Source: the human T2T-CHM13v2.0 reference genome, Homo sapiens
Length of the DNA stretch: 64,000 nucleotides
Strand: one strand, 5' to 3'
Assembly: GCF_009914755.1 (NCBI RefSeq)
Contig: NC_060942.1
The notes under the pieces were generated by a model. It was given only the letters and a program-made list of their open reading frames with translations, was not told where the DNA came from and ran no database searches. Position 1 is the stretch's first letter; each line of letters begins with the position of its first letter. This document shows positions 55,931 through 64,000 of the stretch, in pieces. The position numbers and the translations under genes were made by a program.

Positions 55931-56109
55931 TGAAGATGGGGTGGTTGAGGAAGGTGGTTTTTGAATGAAGAGTGGAACCCGTGAGGACCCAGTCGCCTCT
56001 CTCTGGGAAGGACGTTCGGATGAAGATGGGGTGGTTGGGGAAGGTGGTTTTTGAATGAAGAGCGGAACCCGTGAGGACCCGGCCGCCTCTCCCTGGGAAG
56101 GACGTTCGG
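55930..56109. repeat. Two-copy 90-bp tandem duplication
   Basis: atgaagatggggtggttgRggaaggtgg...gacgttcgg at 55930 and 56020. Confidence 0.92.
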
Positions 56110-56369
56110 GGGCTTGTGCTGCTGTTAGGGGAGGAGGGGAGGTGGGCAGTGAGGGGCTCACGGGAGCCTTGTTGGCCAGGTGGGACTGGGGCTGTCACTC
56201 CAAGTCGCCCGGAGCTGTCCGGCAGCGTGGTCTCAGGGACGTTTGCTGAGGCCCGCTCCTTGGGGTCCGTTGGTCGAGGCCGGGGGTTGCTGGCCGGCCC
56301 TGAGTTCATGGGTTTCTGCTTTGTGATGCCCAGCCCCTCATGCTCCCATCTGCTTCTTTTTCTCTCTAG

Positions 56370-57468
56370 AACACTATGGCTATGCATCCTCCAACGTCAG
56401 CCCCGCCCTGCCGCTCCCCACGGCGCACTCCACCCTGCCGGCCCCGTGCCACAACCTTCAGACCTCCACACCGGGCATCATCCCGCCGGCGGATCACCCC
56501 TCGGGGTACGGAGCAGCTTTGGACGGTGGGCCCGCGGGCTACTTCCTCTCCTCCGGCCACACCAGGCCTGATGGGGCCCCTGCCCTGGAGAGTCCTCGCA
56601 TCGAGATAACCTCGTGCTTGGGCCTGTACCACAACAATAACCAGTTTTTCCACGATGTGGAGGTGGAAGACGTCCTCCCTAGCTCCAAACGGTCCCCCTC
56701 CACGGCCACGCTGAGTCTGCCCAGCCTGGAGGCCTACAGAGACCCCTCGTGCCTGAGCCCGGCCAGCAGCCTGTCCTCCCGGAGCTGCAACTCAGAGGCC
56801 TCCTCCTACGAGTCCAACTACTCGTACCCGTACGCGTCCCCCCAGACGTCGCCATGGCAGTCTCCCTGCGTGTCTCCCAAGACCACGGACCCCGAGGAGG
56901 GCTTTCCCCGCGGGCTGGGGGCCTGCACACTGCTGGGTTCCCCGCGGCACTCCCCCTCCACCTCGCCCCGCGCCAGCGTCACTGAGGAGAGCTGGCTGGG
57001 TGCCCGCTCCTCCAGACCCGCGTCCCCGTGCAACAAGAGGAAGTACAGCCTCAACGGCCGGCAGCCGCCCTACTCACCCCACCACTCGCCCACGCCGTCC
57101 CCGCACGGCTCCCCGCGGGTCAGCGTGACCGACGACTCGTGGTTGGGCAACACCACCCAGTACACCAGCTCGGCCATCGTGGCCGCCATCAACGCGCTGA
57201 CCACCGACAGCAGCCTGGACCTGGGAGATGGCGTCCCTGTCAAGTCCCGCAAGACCACCCTGGAGCAGCCGCCCTCAGTGGCGCTCAAGGTGGAGCCCGT
57301 CGGGGAGGACCTGGGCAGCCCCCCGCCCCCGGCCGACTTCGCGCCCGAAGACTACTCCTCTTTCCAGCACATCAGGAAGGGCGGCTTCTGCGACCAGTAC
57401 CTGGCGGTGCCGCAGCACCCCTACCAGTGGGCGAAGCCCAAGCCCCTGTCCCCTACGTCCTACATGAG
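56370..57468 (+). CDS. NFATC1: NFATC1 common 1099-nt exon encoding the NFAT regulatory domain
   Basis: ctctag acceptor, gtgagc donor; (E)HYGYASS...; PxIxIT motif PRIEIT 56594-56611; serine-rich region; SP repeats; NLS KRK 57035-57043; LxVP motif LAVP 57401-57412. Confidence 0.98.
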
Positions 57469-59239
57469 GTGAGCCGGCAGCGCGGGGCGGGACGGGGAGG
57501 CGAGGGGAGGCGCGGGGCGGGGCGGAACGCGGGGAGCGGGACGGGGGGCGGCGCGGGGCGGCCGTGTCTGGGGACGAGAGTCAGGACCTGGGTGGGCAGG
57601 TGGGCTCCTCGTGGAGCTGGGAGGCAGAGTCTGTCCCCATGTCTGCCTCCTCATGCAGACTTTTCCTTGTGCGCCTCGCCTCTGCCTCCGTCTGCGCGTT
57701 TCCCATCTGAAGTCTCCAGATCCTCTCGGGCCCTGCTGATGGCCTCGTGTTCGCTCAGTCTCTGCAAACACCCATTTCAAAGAGGGTGGCCCTGCTGGCG
57801 GTCAGGGCTTCCACGTGGGAATTCCGGGAGACGCCATCCGCCCCTAAGGAGGGCTCACACACGCGCAGTTTCTTCCTCGGGGAATTGCACGTGCCTGGCC
57901 CCCCGCGGTGGTTGCCTGCTGCTCCCGCTTCCTCCCCTGCAGTAATTGCCTTCCCTGCCTCGGGTGCAGATGGGACCGCAGCTCAACAGTGCCCCAGAGC
58001 ACCCAGTCCGCCACGCTTTGGAACAGCACGGCCTCCTGCTCCCCAGAGACGCCGGCTGTGGCATCAGGCTGGGGGAGCTCACGCGCCTTCCTTCTTTGGG
58101 TCCCAGGTTGTTGGTTTTTCTTTTTAACCGTGTGAGGGGCTGCTGGAATTCCGCTGGGTCCACTTAACCAGCCTGGTGTTTTTATCTCTAACGAAACAGC
58201 TTTCCCAGCTGGTGGGCTGTGAGTGGCCCCTGAGAGTGCTTTCTGCTCTGGGATTTTTATCTGAGGCATGAAAACGTCCGTGCAGGAGGTCGAGGGCAGT
58301 GCCCCATGGCCCGTGACGTCAGGGCTGCCGCTGTGTCCTCAGGAAGAGGCGTTTGCCACGCGCAGCCCGGGGTATTCCAGGCTGGGTGTTTTCCTGTTTT
58401 TGTTTTTTTTTTTTTTCGTCCCTCCCCACCCCCCACTCCTTTTTTATTAGCGAGCACTCAGGGGGCGAGACCCCGCAGAGCGGAGGGCAGGTGCAGCCCC
58501 CATGCCTGCAGGGTGAGGAAGGCAGGCAGTGAGGGTGCTCTGGGAGGACCCGTCTCTGCTCTGCAGTCTCAGGCCATGCTTCAGCCATGGCTGGAGCACG
58601 CATGGACAGAATTAGAGCTACAAGCAGTAACAAGCCTCCAGGCTGGGAACGAACCCACCCAAACCTCTCTGAAGGCTTGTGGCAAAGAAACAGTGTTAGA
58701 GCTGACAGTTCTTTGAGCAGCCCCATGGCTGATTCTGCCTTTCTACTGGCGTGATACTTAGAATCGTCGTCAGCTGAGGTTTCGAGAGAAAGCAAGGATT
58801 ACCCCTGATTTTTCTTGACTTGCAGGGGGCGCATTTACCTTTCTATCCCAACTTCTGTTTTTAATACATTAAGGTTTAAAAGGCTGGCGTATTCTAGGTG
58901 ATCACAACGAGCCTGTGTCAGGACCCGGATTGTATTTACAATAAAAATCCCATTCAGTTGGAGGCATTGGGAAAATTTAAGAACTGTTTTTGCCTGCTGT
59001 ACTGTCACTGTTATTGTTTAAGTAAAAGTACAAGCGTAGTGGCACTGACTCTCCAGCCCACAGTCATGTACAACGCGCTTCATGGTCTCCAGGCTTACGG
59101 ACGGTGACAAAGTCGTCCATCACTGCGGAACTTCACTGAACTGGCGAGATAAGGGAAGAGTGATGTCATCAAGGTCCCAAGACTGGGACTTGGCATGAGG
59201 AGTGTCGTAATGCAGTTGTGAACCTTTGGGTGAACCCCA

Positions 59240-59625
59240 CGTATTTGTTTCCTGGGGCTGCCCTGACAAGGTCCCGCAGACGGGTGGCCTTCATAGCAGG
59301 AAGGTTTTCTCGCGGGGTCCTGAGACTGGAAGCCGAGATCAGGGGCTGTTCTTTTGGAGGCTGTGAGGGAGCATCTGCCTGACCTGTCTCCCTGGCTTGG
59401 AGGCGCCGTCTTCTCCCCATGACTCCTCATCTCTCCATCCACCGTGCATGTCTGTGTCCAGATGTCCCCTTTTGTGAGGACACTGGTCCTGCTGGGTTGG
59501 GGCCACCCTGGTGGCCTCATTTGAACTTGATCGCTCTGTAAAGACCCTCTCTCCAGACACAGCCCCACGCTGGGCAGGACTCCATTATGTGAGTTTGCGG
59601 GGAGCACCGTTCGGCTGCCTCAGCC
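59240..59625 (-). mobile_element. MaLR LTR (MLT1-like)
   Basis: tttgtttcctggggctgcc...gtggcctcatttgaacttgatcgctctgtaaagaccct pattern. Confidence 0.72.
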
Positions 59626-61192
59626 CCGGTCTTACTGTCGCAGTAAAAATGGCAGGCAGCCTTTGAAAGCGCAAGCTCGTCCTGGTTCCTTCTTCGTCTC
59701 CTGGGCGGCAAGGTGTCCGCAGGGATGTCGTGTTCTGGCAGGCACAGCCCCTCCTGTCCACCTTGGACCTGTGTTTGGTGTGGAGGTTGGAAAGCATGGG
59801 TGGCTGTTTATTTTTTCCTCTGCTTGGGGGTTTCAGGAAGAATTCCGTGCCCACGTGACCCTGTTAGCTTTATCTCCTGGCTGCAGAGCGCCCAGTTAGG
59901 TGTGATGCCCGTAACATTTCTGAGTGTTCACACAAACAAAGCTCGGTAAATATGTCCCAAACTCGCTCCTGGGGTTTGCAGTTAACCTTTTCCCACTGTT
60001 CTGGTTCCACATCAAAATATGTTTCCTGGTTCCTTGTGCCCTGTTTCCAAGTGACCTCGTCAGCGGGTGCCCTGGGGCAGCTGGAAGCCACGGCAGAGAT
60101 GAAATGTTAGTTTTTTACCAGCGAGGTGGAGAGGCCAGACTTCCTTCCCCAGGAATGCCTCTCCGTCGGTCACATGCAGCAGCTCCGGCAGGCGTGGAAA
60201 ATGTCACCAGGATCTCAGGCTGCACAACTAGAAAGCTGTATTTTTAATGATCTCCAAAGTTTGGGATGGAGAATGCACGACATGCCCATCTTCTCCCCAC
60301 CGTGGTACAGAACTGCTGCTCCATTAATCCTGTCCCTATGCCAGAAGGAGCTTTCTGGTGGAAAGTGTGCTGTGTGCATCCTTCCCAGGGACCGTCTAGG
60401 ATTGTTGTCCTTTGAGGCCTTTTGTTGCTTGTTCAGCACCTGTGGCCCCCAGTGCTATGCAGAGCCTCTGAGAGGCCCACAATGGTCAAAGAACGATACT
60501 GAATTCTTGCTGCAATTGAAGCCATGATAATGTTTGTGAAGTTAGTAAGAGTAGGTGATAGAACCTTGATAGTTTTAGAGTTTGGAGCCATTTTAGAGCT
60601 CAGCGGAATGACGTGTCTATTGTCAAAGCTTGGGGGGACTGGCACAGGAATCACAGGCCACCTGCTATACCCCCTAAAAATTAGAATCTTAAGCTGTGAA
60701 TTCTGGCATCAGAAAGGAGTGGTTTTCTTCCCGCCTTGCTTCTTTCCAGGGGTAATGACGGTGATCATAGCAAGTGGCCTCCCAGGGCACCTTTCCGTGT
60801 GCTGTTGAGGGTGCAACAGGAGGCGTTGCCGGGCTGCGTCTGGAGGAGGCCAGGGCGAGAGTGCACGTTGAAGGCTGTGCGGGTTATTTATAAATAGTGG
60901 TTCTCAAATGGTAGCTTTTAAAGATTTCATATTGACCGACAGGAACTAAAGTCTACGTGATTGCTTCCTCATTCCTTCATCGTTCGGCCTCCTCCACCTG
61001 GGCACCTGCCACAGGCCATGTGCGTCCATGTCCAGGTCTGTCTGTGCCGACATCTGCTCTTTGGGCATCAGCCTCTGGAAAGTGTCCCTGTCAGAGTCTC
61101 CACGTGTCTCACTCTCCGCACCCAGACAGTCTCTGGAGTTGCCTTTGTAGAGGCAAGGTTGTAGGGGAATTGGAAAGGCGGAGGTATTTTGA

Positions 61193-61547
<355 letters not shown>

Positions 61548-61745
61548 CTTGAATTCAATTTCTACACATGAAACACTGCCTCTTAGAACTGAATGTTTAA
61601 AAAGAATTTCTAAGGAGTGAGGTAAAGAAAAAGAATTCCTAAGGGGCGAGATAGGCTAATAAACAATGTTTACTTAGAGTCCGCTTGGTTTCAATGATCA
61701 GAAATAGCCGCTAGGTTGGTGCAATAACGTATATTCAAATCTCTT

Positions 61746-62050
<305 letters not shown>

Positions 62051-63067
62051 TTATTTCAGACATTAAGTTTTGGGCTGCAATATTGAAGATTTTAGCATAT
62101 CGGTCACTTTTCTGCTATGCATAGTATTAGTTTCAAAAGGTCTGAGAAAACGTTCACTCTCTTGTGTTTCATAAGTTATCTGAAAGTTTCACAGTTTATC
62201 ACAATTTGGAATAAGATCAGCTAACCCCCAGCACAGTAACAGGTGGACTCTGTCTTCTCTTTCGCAGACACGAGTCCTCTGCCAGGCTCAGTAGCGATTC
62301 CTCCTGCGTTTGAATGCCCTTTGCTCTTGTGGCTCTGGTACCTGAGGGGTTCGGGCCCCGGCAGTGTTGGGGGAACAGTGCAGGCTTTTGACAGCTCCCA
62401 GGTCCTGTAGTGGGGCCATCTCTGGGCTCTGGAGCCAGACTGTCCAGACCTCCGTGTCCGCGGGCGCTGGTGGGCCCTTTGGGGTGATGGTGAACATAGT
62501 CTCTAAGGCGTTGTACCGAACCCCAGCATAGCGAGACGTGTAAGGTGGTAGCCGTGGGGTCTTCCCCGAGCTTCCCGCTGCCATCACCTCCTGGGAAGAC
62601 GGATAGCAAAGAAGCCGAGGGTGTCGAGTTGCCCCATGGTTTGTAAAACACTGGCATGGGCTGGAACGGCTCAGGACTGACTGCCACTGCGTCTCCCTGT
62701 AAGCCCCTCCCTTTCTGGGGAGGGAAGCCCCCCAACAACCCACAGCCAGCCTCGAAGCCACGTCGCCCTGGCTCTGGTTCCCGCTAACCCTTGCTGGGGA
62801 GTCCCCCGCACAACCTGTCCTGCTGTTTCCTGCTGTTTCTGGAGCTAGACAAGCCTCAGCTGGCCTCCTGGCTCCCGGCATGGGTGTCAGGCCCTGGGGA
62901 GTCTCCAGTCCCTCCTGTGGGTACTGGGCTGGGCTGGCTCTGAAGGGTCTTGAAGAACGTGGCTGTGTGCCTCCCTGGCATTCGCGGTGGTGGCTCTGGA
63001 GCTTGCGTTTGGCTGAGCAGGCCAGCAGGTGACTCGCGCAAGCCAGACGGTCCCCAGGAAGCCCTCA

Positions 63068-63645
63068 GCTGTGGTGGGAGATGGGAGATGGGCTATGGTG
63101 GGAGATGGGCTGTGGCGGGAGATGGGCTGTGGCGGGAGATGGGCTGTGGTGGGAGATGGGAGATGGGCTGTGGTGGGAGATGGGAGATGGGCTGTGGTGG
63201 GAGATGGGCTGTGGTGGGAGATGGGAGATGGGCTGTGGTGGGAGATGGGCTGTGGTGGGAGATGGGAGATGGGCTGTGGTGGGAGATGGGAGATGGGCTG
63301 TGGTGGGAGATGGGAGATCGGCTGTGGTGGGAGATGGGAGATGGGCTGGGCAGGAGATGGGCTGTGGTGGGAGATGGGAGATGGGCTGTGGTGGGAGATG
63401 GGAGATGGGCTGTGGTGGGAGATGGGCTGTGGTGGGAGATGGGAGATGGGCTGTGGTGGGAGATGGGCTGTGGTGGGAGATGGGAGATGGGCTGTGGTGG
63501 GAGATGGGAGATCGGCTGTGGTGGGAGATGGGAGATGGGCTGGGCAGGAGATGGGCTGTGGTGGGAGATGGGAGATGGGCTGTGGTGGGAGATGGGAGAT
63601 GGGCTATACCAGGAGATGGGCTGTGGCGGGAGATGGGCTATGGCT
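63068..63645. repeat. G-rich minisatellite of 17-bp and 7-bp modules
   Basis: gatgggctgtggtggga with optional gatggga. Confidence 0.96.
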
Positions 63646-64000
63646 GGGCCTGTCCTCTGTGGTGCTGTGGATGCGTCCTATTCAGGAGCTGCCTACCAAG
63701 TTTCATTGCGATGTTGGAATCTGTCCTTGGTCCCTGCCACCATGGGGTGGGTGGAGCCCCCAGCACCCTGCCTTCTTCCTCCCCTTCCTGTGGGTCTGCA
63801 GGGCTCGGGGTGTTGATGGAGACTGTGGGGGTCGGGGGAGCCAGCAGTTTCGTTGTGTGATGGCAGGAAGAATCCGCGTGCTGCCCCACCATGCCTTGCG
63901 ACGCTCTGTGGTAGGGAGCTGTCGGGTCACAGTCAGGCGCTTAACGGCCACCCGACTGTGGACGCGGCTGAGGCCATTTGTCCAGGGTGGCCTAGTCACA

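Noticed and set aside
57028-57945. 305-aa alternative-frame ORF overlapping NFATC1
   Set aside because: GTG start, typical shadow frame of a GC3-rich exon, and it runs across the splice donor.
62950-63860. Trp/Gly-rich ORFs
   Set aside because: Translation of the G-rich VNTR.

Overview
Primate (almost certainly human) genomic DNA, recognised as distal chromosome 18q (18q23). The window holds two tandem + strand genes. ATP9B (P4-ATPase flippase) contributes its last five coding exons (5205-5313, 18674-18731, 19746-19949, a 33-nt cassette at 21426-21458, 23281-23417), its 3' UTR and an AATAAA at 24155. After about 17.7 kb of intergenic DNA comes the 5' part of NFATC1: promoter P1 with the alpha first exon (ATG 42223), promoter P2 with the beta first exon (ATG 46395), and the 1099-nt common exon encoding the calcineurin-regulated domain (56370-57468). 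The rest is Alu, old L1, MaLR, MIR and L2 repeats plus a dense set of minisatellites; nearly all long ORFs in the track are repeat or GC artefacts. I see no new multi-gene system. The best leads are: a ~300-bp non-Alu inverted duplication inserted into an AluJ 3-4 kb upstream of P1; four minisatellites apparently amplified from the old L1 sequence they sit in; a palindromic four-site NFAT element in NFATC1 intron 1 that mirrors the P1 autoregulatory element; hairpin-forming AT islands at P2; a possible intronic-poly(A) NFATC1 fragment keeping both calcineurin docking motifs; a uORF; and phase-compatible ATP9B-NFATC1 read-through splicing. All functional claims are untested inferences, and repeat subfamily calls come from recalled consensus sequences.
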